IMG/VR virus record: IMGVR_UViG_3300025536_000182 | Source of the DNA: a virus | Strand: one strand, 5' to 3' | DNA: 64,000 nucleotides | Shown: piece by piece, positions 26,601 through 34,846 of the stretch | Numbering within the stretch: the first letter of the stretch is position 1 | How the letters are laid out: each line of letters starts with the position of its first letter | Translations under genes and position numbers: made by a program | Notes under the pieces: generated by a model | What the model was told of the DNA's origin: nothing | The model's database searches: none | Seen by the model: only the letters and a program-made list of their open reading frames with translations

Positions 26601-27872
26601 ATGAGCAAGGTGCAGATTACGACTGCATGGCAGGATTATGCCACAGTCAAGAACTGGAAAAGGGATCTAAAATCCAATTCCAAAATAAACAAGCTTTCAG
26701 AAAAGACAGAGGAAGCTATCAACAATTACATGCCATTATTTGTAGAATTCAAGCAAAAGAATCCAGACCAAATTATCGAGGAAGCACTTGCAGGAAAATA
26801 CGTAGTAAAGGAAAGCCTCTCAGACTTTGCAACCTGGCTCCAGGACATCAAGCACAAAAGCTTCAACCATGCAATCCATGGCTCATATCATATTATCAGA
26901 GGATTTTATTCTCACAACGAGGTAAACACCCAAAAGATAACAACTCCTGTAATGGACCCATCAAAGGTTCAGACCACTGATGACAATCTGCCGCTATTCA
27001 ACTATCGAGAGATAGGAGATGGTGATGAAAAACAGCTTGTCATGGAACTGAGACGAGATTTTATCGGAAAGTTTTTTGATTTTTTTGATTTGAAATACAA
27101 GACAATAATGATGTGCATAAAGGATACAGGAGCTGACAGCGGCGACATTATGGACTGGACTCTGGAAATGATTAGATACCAGGAGCAGTACGAGAGAATC
27201 TTTATCAGAATTCTAAGAAAAAAGACAAGGCAGTATGCATGTCACTTTCTGTCAAAAGAGACCACCAAGCTGATAAGAAGATATGAAAAGATGCACAGGG
27301 CAAATGCACAAGACTCGGATCATGTCTTTGTCCATTCTGCAAGGGAATTCAAGTCGGAATTTTATAAAAAATATGGAAGGTCGTTTGTACCAGGAACAGA
27401 CAAGCTTGACTTGCAAAAGCTCACAACTAACAATCTTTCTGATGCTGCAAGGGCTGCAACAAGACAGATGGAAAAAATGCTTTCAGAGGAAGGAACACCA
27501 ATGAAAATTCTAAGGTCTGGACAGCAATCGCCGCTAAGACCAAAGAGGTTCAGAAAGGTGTTTTCTGATGCGTGTGACTATGCCGGAATTCCAGTGGATA
27601 TTAAGAGACTGTTCATGGGTAAGGCAAATAAGGCAAATGAGGAATATGAGGGAAAATCAAGACAGAACTTGGAGATGTACTATGCAAACAAGCTGGAGCC
27701 AGTGTTGGCAGTTTATTCAAAACCAAAAGGAATGGAAGTAGAAGAAATCAGAAAGCTTGAGAAAAAGCTTGAAGAGAAGGAACAAGAACACCAGAAAAAA
27801 ATGGATGATATGGAAACGAGATTCCAGAAGCAGATAGATTCTGTTCTTGACAAACTGCCGCGAGAATCCTGA
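26601..27872 (+). CDS. int: Tyrosine recombinase/integrase with atypical active-site residues
   Basis: N-terminal SAM-like core-binding region; KDTGADSGD (box I), RKKT, PKRFRKVF...AGIP...LFMGK...EEY (box II); adjacent to a tRNA. Confidence 0.85.
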   Translation: MSKVQITTAWQDYATVKNWKRDLKSNSKINKLSEKTEEAINNYMPLFVEFKQKNPDQIIEEALAGKYVVKESLSDFATWLQDIKHKSFNHAIHGSYHIIRGFYSHNEVNTQKITTPVMDPSKVQTTDDNLPLFNYREIGDGDEKQLVMELRRDFIGKFFDFFDLKYKTIMMCIKDTGADSGDIMDWTLEMIRYQEQYERIFIRILRKKTRQYACHFLSKETTKLIRRYEKMHRANAQDSDHVFVHSAREFKSEFYKKYGRSFVPGTDKLDLQKLTTNNLSDAARAATRQMEKMLSEEGTPMKILRSGQQSPLRPKRFRKVFSDACDYAGIPVDIKRLFMGKANKANEEYEGKSRQNLEMYYANKLEPVLAVYSKPKGMEVEEIRKLEKKLEEKEQEHQKKMDDMETRFQKQIDSVLDKLPRES

Positions 27873-27922
27873 TCGCACTGACTTTGCATGAATCATCATG
27901 TGTGTTTTTTTTGAACAAAACA

Positions 27923-28150
27923 AAATCACGACGATGAAATTCCAAAACTGGGAATCTATTATAAAAGATTTTATGAACTCATGTACTATAACATTATTAG
28001 CTTTGTAACATTACGAAGACGTTGATTATCTTCACGAAGCGGGGGAGGATTGCGATCAAAACTTAGACAATCATTTTCATCAAATCACGACGAGGAAATT
28101 TTCAATTTTGAAATCTTTCTCCAAAAAATAACAAATCACGACGGAGAATT
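27923..28150 (+). repeat. Three direct repeats of AAATCACGACG (followed by atgaaatt, aggaaatt or gagaatt)
   Basis: Copies at 27923-27933, 28082-28092 and 28133-28143 in the largest gene-poor interval. Confidence 0.75.
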
Positions 28151-28718
28151 AGTATTTCATCATGCCGTCAATGTTAAATACAAACAATTTGAAAAAATCC
28201 GAATACTTCAGTTATGGGTTAGTGACTATGACTACTCAGGAACTAGACAAACGACCAAGAATGAATAGCACAACCCTTTTCGCCATAGTCAATTCTAATT
28301 ATAGTTCAATCTGATAAATATTGATCTTTTGTCAAGGTTGAATCATTTTGATCCATCAGCGTGTTATTTTGAGCTGGTATTGTTTATGTAATTGCCAACC
28401 TTGGTAACTATGACCAAGAAATGAATAGGAAAAGCACAAAAAAGCAGTGTATACTTTATTGGCATACTAGCTTGTTCATTACCTATTTCCTGCAAGATGT
28501 AGGTGTGTGCTTTCAACTCTGGTCAGGAGATGGCCAGAGTCAATGCTTGTAGGTTCTGCCACTTCTGACTCTCAGGTCATACGCAGTAATTGCGGACACG
28601 GTAATTTTGTAGCTGTCAAAGTGATTTGCCTTGACAAGATAGGCAAGACGCACAAGATCCGTGTCTGCAGTTCCTGCCGTATTTCTGATTTTTACAAAAA
28701 TTATCCGGAGGAGAAGAT

Positions 28719-29057
28719 TTGATTAACGACTGTCACTGCTGCATCCAGATCCAGGACGAGAAAAGAAAAAAGAGATGGGATGGAATATTTGATGACAACT
28801 GGATTCCAGTTGCAGGACCAGCTCGAGGATTTGCAGAGTTTGATGGTGAAAAATCACAGCCGTATTACTGCCTTGCAGTCTACAAACTGACACAGTCTCA
28901 AAAGTTATTGATTGCCCAAAGGACTCAGCAACACTTTGGAATCAAGCTTGAAGACATTCTAAATGATTTTGAAAAACCAAACATGATTTTTCCAATTTTG
29001 TTTGATGATACGATTCAGATGATTTGTGAAAAGCACACAAGGATGATGATCTCATGA
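28719..29057 (+). CDS. Hypothetical protein
   Basis: 112-aa ORF, TTG start, coupled to neighbours. Confidence 0.7.
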   Translation: MINDCHCCIQIQDEKRKKRWDGIFDDNWIPVAGPARGFAEFDGEKSQPYYCLAVYKLTQSQKLLIAQRTQQHFGIKLEDILNDFEKPNMIFPILFDDTIQMICEKHTRMMIS

Positions 29058-29221
29058 TTACGGTTGAAAAGACATGTTACAATTGCGGGGCAACAATCCA
29101 GCCAATAAAATCAGACTATGAAAAATTCAATGACAAATTTGTAATTGACACCGTAATTGTGGAATGCATTCACGGGCACAAGAACACTGTAAAAGTTCAG
29201 GAGGATAACGGGCTTGATTGA
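29054..29221 (+). CDS. Small zinc-ribbon protein
   Basis: Hand-translated CYNCGA...ECIHGH. Confidence 0.55.
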   Translation: MITVEKTCYNCGATIQPIKSDYEKFNDKFVIDTVIVECIHGHKNTVKVQEDNGLD

Positions 29222-29843
29222 ACTGTCTGAAATATTGGACGGATTGTTAGCAGACGGATTAATTTCTCATGAAATTAAAAAACAGTTAGATGAATCACTA
29301 GAGAATTCAAAGAAATTCCAAGAGTTGAGAGATGTTTTCAAAGAAGACAGTCCACTTGAATTGGCAATTTTAATTAAAATTTTAGATGATTTCAAAAAAC
29401 ATTCTAGGTGTGGTATTTGTGGAATGGTTACACCTGAACATTCTATTGATAGCCATATAGAATTACACCAAGTAGAAACAATCAAAAACAAAGTAATCGA
29501 GGAAAACAAATCACTATCAGAAGAAAATGCAAGACTGAAAGAGAGAATTGATATTGCTAATCATAATATTAAAGAATTAAAACTAATATTAGAAAAAACA
29601 GCACAATTAAAAAACAATTTACAATCTGAAATTCAAAACCTCAAAGCACAACTAGAACAATGGAAAACAGATTATAATACTAGAGCAGAAAAGTGTGTAG
29701 AGTATAAACAACAACTAGAACAATACAAGATAACAACAGATGAGATTAGAAAGCTCATGGATGGATATCATAAATTTGATACCATAATAACTTCCGTGCC
29801 TGAACTTACAGCAATACTCAACAAAATAGGAGTACAGACTTGA
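29214..29843 (+). CDS. Coiled-coil protein with a C2H2-like finger
   Basis: CGICG...HIELH followed by a long heptad repeat. Confidence 0.7.
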   Translation: MIELSEILDGLLADGLISHEIKKQLDESLENSKKFQELRDVFKEDSPLELAILIKILDDFKKHSRCGICGMVTPEHSIDSHIELHQVETIKNKVIEENKSLSEENARLKERIDIANHNIKELKLILEKTAQLKNNLQSEIQNLKAQLEQWKTDYNTRAEKCVEYKQQLEQYKITTDEIRKLMDGYHKFDTIITSVPELTAILNKIGVQT

Positions 29844-30043
29844 GTCACATTAAAGATTGTGATTATGACAAGGATGGGTACTATGATGTAGACTGTCCAG
29901 AATGTATGAGAATCTACAACGAATTTCTAGATTCCAGAACAAATCCAACAGATAAGAATGTAAAAAAAATGACAGAGTCAAACAAAGATGAGATTCAGAA
30001 ATTCATCGCTGATGAAGTAAAAAAACGTGGAGGTTCATCTTGA
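29840..30043 (+). CDS. Hypothetical protein
   Basis: H..DC...CPEC; coupled TTG start. Confidence 0.6.
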   Translation: MSHIKDCDYDKDGYYDVDCPECMRIYNEFLDSRTNPTDKNVKKMTESNKDEIQKFIADEVKKRGGSS

Positions 30044-30180
30044 ACCACTTCAACTGCATCTTTTGCGGCACTGTCTGCAAGAACTTTTTGCCACACCTGG
30101 AAAAATACCACAAGTCAGGCATTGACCCGTTTCCAGTAACAGAAGAACAAGCCAAGAAATATTTCAGGAGCAGAAAATGA
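30040..30180 (+). CDS. Small C2H2 zinc-finger protein
   Basis: Hand-translated CIFCG...HLEKYH. Confidence 0.55.
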   Translation: MNHFNCIFCGTVCKNFLPHLEKYHKSGIDPFPVTEEQAKKYFRSRK

Positions 30181-30461
30181 CACCGATTGAAAGGCTTCCA
30201 GTAAATGTTTATTTTTTCTATGAAGGAATAATGCAAAAATGCAATCATAATATTATTACAAAAGGATATGCACCAAGAGAAGAAGGTTGGAGAACATGCT
30301 GCATCTGTTTCTACATAACTTGGATTCCAACTTCTGACACTCAATACATGAAAGATGGAAAATACGATGAAGAAAAAATAAAACAATCAGCAACCAAAGA
30401 CGGCGTTCCTCACTTTCCAATCATGCCAACAAACAAAACTGTTTTTGAGGTTGTGAATTGA
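30177..30461 (+). CDS. Hypothetical protein
   Basis: 94-aa ORF, CNH...CCIC. Confidence 0.6.
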   Translation: MTPIERLPVNVYFFYEGIMQKCNHNIITKGYAPREEGWRTCCICFYITWIPTSDTQYMKDGKYDEEKIKQSATKDGVPHFPIMPTNKTVFEVVN

Positions 30462-31393
30462 ATCCAAAACTTCATCTGAAATCTCAGATTGTGGATACCC
30501 AGTCAGGGGAAATCATCTGCGGATGTGGATGCGGTCTTGTAATGGCTGAAAAGACAAGCGAAAATAAGATTCCAGGATTTGAGGATGAAAAGCATTCTGT
30601 TCACTACAAGGCAGAAAGCAATGTTGAACATGACAAGGGAATAGGATCAATAATCTCCAATACTTATTTTGGCAAAACAACACCAACAAGAAAACAGCAA
30701 AGTGAAATAAAGAGACTGAGAACCTGGCAGACCCGCACCAGGATAAACAACGATTCAAACAGAAGGCTTGAAAAATATTTCGAATCATTGGGATCTTTTG
30801 AAAACGAGCTTGAAATTTCATGGGTTATAAAAAATGACATTTACACATTTCTCAGACGTCTTGAAAAGCAACATCTTCTCAAACACAAAAACGAAAAGAT
30901 AACAATCATTGCACTTGTCTATCTTACAAAAAAACTGCATGGAATTCCATTTCATGTAAAACCATATCTGAAAAAATATCATTACACAATTGCAACTTAT
31001 CTGAAATACATAGATGATTTCAAGACAGGCCTTAATCTTAACACTGCAAACCTTGCGACTCCTAGAATGGCAATTATGCTTTCCATATGCAAGAAGCTAA
31101 ACATCAGACAAAGCATAGCCAGTACTGCAAGCTCCATAGTTGATTACTGCGTTGAAAAGGGACTTTTCATATCAAAGCAGCCGTCAATTCTTGCTGCAAC
31201 ATGTGTCTATGTTGTATCTACAAATCAGAATGAAAATATAATGATGATTGATGTTGCAGAAGCCACTGGATGTTCCAGTGTCTCAATTCGTAATCTCAAA
31301 GATGAAATGAAGGAAGTCTTTGAAATTTTTGGTCTAAGCATTGAGCTGAAAAAATCAATCAGAAATTATCAGAGTCAGGAGAGATTGACTTGA
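30458..31393 (+). CDS. tfb: Transcription initiation factor IIB (TFB) homologue, divergent
   Basis: GEIICGCGCGLV (Zn ribbon), HDKGIGSII, RLRTWQTRTR (B-linker), GLFISKQPSILAATCVY and DVAEATGCSSVSIRN (second cyclin fold and HTH). Confidence 0.92.
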   Translation: MNPKLHLKSQIVDTQSGEIICGCGCGLVMAEKTSENKIPGFEDEKHSVHYKAESNVEHDKGIGSIISNTYFGKTTPTRKQQSEIKRLRTWQTRTRINNDSNRRLEKYFESLGSFENELEISWVIKNDIYTFLRRLEKQHLLKHKNEKITIIALVYLTKKLHGIPFHVKPYLKKYHYTIATYLKYIDDFKTGLNLNTANLATPRMAIMLSICKKLNIRQSIASTASSIVDYCVEKGLFISKQPSILAATCVYVVSTNQNENIMMIDVAEATGCSSVSIRNLKDEMKEVFEIFGLSIELKKSIRNYQSQERLT

Positions 31394-31572
31394 ACATCGC
31401 AGGTGGTCCAAGCTATTCAGTTCCAGAGCCTTGGGATGGCTCTATCAAAGATGAAGGTTTCTGGGATGATACTCAGATCTGCAAGAAATGCAAGAAAAAA
31501 GTGATGTTCTTCAACTCTGGAAAAAAGAAGGACCACACCTGCACGCATTGTTGGAGGGTTGTAACGATATGA
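31390..31572 (+). CDS. Small zinc-ribbon protein
   Basis: CKKC...CTHCW. Confidence 0.6.
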   Translation: MNIAGGPSYSVPEPWDGSIKDEGFWDDTQICKKCKKKVMFFNSGKKKDHTCTHCWRVVTI

Positions 31573-31781
31573 CTTGTAGAGGAATATGCGAGAAATACCG
31601 TGCAAAAAAACCTGTCGGAACCAACAGGTATCTTTCAGGACAAAAGAGATGTCAAATCTGTGATCTTTTCATCCAATGGGATACGCTTTGGTGTCCTTGT
31701 TGCAGCTACAGACTGAGGACAAAACCAAGAGGCGGAGAAAACAAGAGAAGATTCCGCCAAGCCACGGAGGAAAAGAAATGA
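31569..31781 (+). CDS. Cys-rich protein resembling a Nitrososphaeria-conserved small family
   Basis: MTCRGICEKY...GQKRCQICDLFIQWDTLWCPCCSYRLRTKPR; ATG at 31569. Confidence 0.75.
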   Translation: MTCRGICEKYRAKKPVGTNRYLSGQKRCQICDLFIQWDTLWCPCCSYRLRTKPRGGENKRRFRQATEEKK

Positions 31782-33565
31782 CTTCCATGAAAATTAAAAT
31801 TGGAACCAATATTGATACTGGCGAACCTGTAGTCCTGGATCTTGACTATGTCATTGAAGAAAGAATGGAAATCTTGGGAGGATCAGGAAGTGGAAAATCC
31901 CATCTGCTAAGATGCATATGCGAACAGACAAACGGAAAGGTTCAGCAGATAATCATCTCTCCAAAAAAAGAGTTTGTAACACTAAGGGAGAAATTCAATT
32001 ACGTTCATGTCGGAACTGCATCACCAATTTCAAAACCTGACATTGAGCTAAACACCAGATATGCAGGACAGTTGGCTCTAAAGATTTTAGAAACTGGAAT
32101 GGATGCAATCATAGAATTTTCTGAAAACTCTAAAGACCGAGTCAAGTATGTCAGAAATTTCATTGAAGGACTTCTTGATGCTGGAGAGCATCTGTGGCAT
32201 CCTGTGATGATATGCATTGATGAGATTGACATTTGGGCTCCTGAGAAAGGACATGGAGAAGCTGAATCTCTTGGAACAATTGCAGACCTGGCATCAAGGG
32301 GAAGGGACAAGGGATTCTTTTTGGTTGCAGCAACTCAGAGAATCTCAAAATTCAACAAAGACGTTGCAGCTGAGCTTGGTGTAAAATTCATCGGAAAGGC
32401 AACACTTGACAATGACCAGACAAGGGCAGCTCAGGAGCTTGGAATTCCATCAAAGGAAAAGACAAAGCTTAGGGACCTTGGAAGACCAAACTTTCATTTC
32501 TATGCATTTGGTCCAGGACTGTCTGATGACGTAATCAAAATCAAATCGCTCCCAGTCCAGACAACGCATGTTTCAGGATACAAACGAAACAAGATGCAAA
32601 AGCCGATTCCAACTCCTGCAAAAATTTCCTCAATGATTTCCCAGTTCTCAGACTTGCCAAAGGAAGCTGAAAAGGAAATAAAGACAAAGGAAGAGCTTCA
32701 TAAAAAAATTACAGAACTTCAGATAAGACTAAAGCAATCTGAAAAAATACAGCCAAAGCAGGACCCACAAGTAATTCAAAATGCTCATGATTCTGGTTAT
32801 CAGAAAGGATTCAACGATGCTGTAAAAAAATCAAAGGAAACAATAGATGCACATGTAAAATACATTCATGCCATAAAATCAAACGCATCAAGAATTAAAC
32901 AGATACTCTCTGGAATTCCAGAAAAAATAGATCATGAACTTGCACTGATTCTTGAAACTGCTCCTGTAAATTCATCATTGCCTGAATTACCTAAAGAGAC
33001 AAAATTACCTATCCATACAGATATTGTAAAATCATCTCCTGCAATAATTCAACCAAAGACAAATGAATCTACAAATAGTCTATTAGTAGATTCCAACATT
33101 TCTGGACCTGAAAAAATAATACTTACTGCAATTGCACAAAGAAATCCACAGGAAGCAACAAAACAGCAAATCTCAATCGTTTCAGGCTATTCAATCAAAA
33201 GCTCAGGCTTTAACAATAATCTGGCACACCTCAATTCAAACGGATTGATTCAGCGTTCTAATGGAATTATGAAAATAACCGAAGCTGGTTTACAGGCATT
33301 GGGACCATACGACCCACTTGAAACTGACCCAGAAAGACTACTTGACTTTTGGTGTGACAAGCTTGGAAACTCTTGCGGAAAAATTCTCAGAGCAATATGC
33401 GAGGCATATCCAAACTCGATAACAAAAGAGGAAGTAGCTGAAAAATCAAATTATTCAATTACAAGCTCTGGATTCAACAACAATCTTGCAAAGCTGAATT
33501 CTTCAAATCTGATAGAACGACTTGGTCCAGGAGAACTCAAAGCATCAAAGGAGATGTTTCCATAA
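31778..33565 (+). CDS. HerA/FtsK-like P-loop ATPase with coiled coil and two C-terminal winged-helix repeats
   Basis: GGSGSGKS (Walker A), CIDEID (Walker B), RGRDKG, ATQR; duplicated SGFNNNLAxLN motif; ATG at 31778 is coupled to the upstream stop. Confidence 0.85.
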   Translation: MTSMKIKIGTNIDTGEPVVLDLDYVIEERMEILGGSGSGKSHLLRCICEQTNGKVQQIIISPKKEFVTLREKFNYVHVGTASPISKPDIELNTRYAGQLALKILETGMDAIIEFSENSKDRVKYVRNFIEGLLDAGEHLWHPVMICIDEIDIWAPEKGHGEAESLGTIADLASRGRDKGFFLVAATQRISKFNKDVAAELGVKFIGKATLDNDQTRAAQELGIPSKEKTKLRDLGRPNFHFYAFGPGLSDDVIKIKSLPVQTTHVSGYKRNKMQKPIPTPAKISSMISQFSDLPKEAEKEIKTKEELHKKITELQIRLKQSEKIQPKQDPQVIQNAHDSGYQKGFNDAVKKSKETIDAHVKYIHAIKSNASRIKQILSGIPEKIDHELALILETAPVNSSLPELPKETKLPIHTDIVKSSPAIIQPKTNESTNSLLVDSNISGPEKIILTAIAQRNPQEATKQQISIVSGYSIKSSGFNNNLAHLNSNGLIQRSNGIMKITEAGLQALGPYDPLETDPERLLDFWCDKLGNSCGKILRAICEAYPNSITKEEVAEKSNYSITSSGFNNNLAKLNSSNLIERLGPGELKASKEMFP

Positions 33566-33817
33566 TGCCCTGGTGCAGAGCTTGCGGTTATCGGGAAGCA
33601 GAAGATGAAAGTTGCAGATGTCCAACTTGCGGAGGTCGTTTGAAATAATGCCTTGTGGAATAGCCCAGATTTGTAAGAATCAAAAATGCCGTCATTACAA
33701 ATCAGATCATAATCATAGAAACGAATGCCAAGTGGCAGAATGTGATTGTCCAGAATATATTCCAGGACAAATTCTGAACACAACGCAGAGGTATCTTAGA
33801 CCGGAGGAGTCAGAGTA

Positions 33818-34057
33818 ATGCCCAAAGACGGATACGTATCTGTAACTTTTCCAACATGGATACTTGAAGCTGCAAGTGTAATCATGCCACCAGGACAAAC
33901 GCTTCAAGCTTTTATCTTAAACAATCTGCTTGTTCCAAACATTTCAAAAAAACAGCTTCGAGAAATTTACGACAAGTGGGTATCTGAGCACTATCCGTTT
34001 GGAGGAACAAAGCCTTTTGACAATTCTGAGAGTGAGGTAAAAAATGATTCAAACTAA
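33818..34057 (+). CDS. Hypothetical protein (possible RHH-like)
   Basis: YVSVTFPTWILE N-terminus. Confidence 0.55.
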   Translation: MPKDGYVSVTFPTWILEAASVIMPPGQTLQAFILNNLLVPNISKKQLREIYDKWVSEHYPFGGTKPFDNSESEVKNDSN

Positions 34058-34277
34058 AAAGCCAGAGATACCTTGGTATGACAAGCACCGCAAGGTTGAG
34101 GATTTCAAGGACTCGAAAGACTTTGTCGATGGATACAATCAGGCTCTAAAGGATTTTGACATTATTTTTGGAATGGCACCCATTCCAGGAGAAGAAGAAT
34201 ATCGATGTGGTACAATTCATGGAAGTAATCAGATTCACTCGGTTTGTGAGTTTTGGAAATTGGAGTACAAGAAATGA
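34044..34277 (+). CDS. Hypothetical protein
   Basis: 77-aa ORF in a coupled run. Confidence 0.55.
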   Translation: MIQTKKPEIPWYDKHRKVEDFKDSKDFVDGYNQALKDFDIIFGMAPIPGEEEYRCGTIHGSNQIHSVCEFWKLEYKK

Positions 34278-34510
34278 CCTGTAAAATCTGTTTTCATTCT
34301 AACTATAATGATCTTCCAGGAGATGATTTGGAAGCTGCGTGTAATTGTGATTGTCATGATGAATGTGATGAGAATACATGCCCTGACTGTGACAGAGATT
34401 ACTCAAACTGCATATGCGATGGAGAAAAAGAAAATGAATAAGGAAAATAAAATAAATATTTATTTATTTATTTATTTATTTTTGATTTTATTTTGTTTTA
34501 GTTTAGGAGT

Positions 34511-34846
34511 TTGTTTCTAATGGTTCTTCGTACATTTGAAACAGATGAGGAAAAATGGAAGAAGTTCAAAGCTCACTGCATCAAGGAAGGAATAGACCTA
34601 GGAGAAAAACTCAATTCGCTAATCGATACGGAACTAAAAGAGCATGGAGACGGCAATCCAGCTTTCAAAATCACTGACTTTAATGATCCAAATTTCATTG
34701 CAACTCCTGCACTTACAAGAAGTCCTGAGGACATTAGAAAATATCTTGAAAAAATCTGGGGAACCCCTGAATGGGACAAGATAGGTAGATGCCTTGATGA
34801 GACTTGGGTCAAGCAGTACAATGATGTGGAGGCAAGTCACCTATGA
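34511..34846 (+). CDS. RHH/ParG-like DNA-binding protein upstream of MCM
   Basis: LRTFETDEEKWKKFKAHCIKEGIDLGEKLNSLI pattern. Confidence 0.65.
   Translation: MFLMVLRTFETDEEKWKKFKAHCIKEGIDLGEKLNSLIDTELKEHGDGNPAFKITDFNDPNFIATPALTRSPEDIRKYLEKIWGTPEWDKIGRCLDETWVKQYNDVEASHL

Noticed and set aside
27923-28143. Possible CRISPR mini-array
   Set aside because: Repeats are only 11 bp with unequal spacings (159 and 51 bp), and there are no cas genes.
28050-28268. 72-aa ORF overlapping the direct repeats
   Set aside because: TTG start with no coupling to neighbours; the first repeat copy lies outside any equivalent ORF, which favours a DNA-level function. Not listed as a CDS.
31676-31777. N-terminal extension of the HerA-like ORF given in the ORF track
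   Set aside because: It overlaps the conserved Cys-rich gene; the ATG at 31778, coupled to that gene's stop, is the better start.
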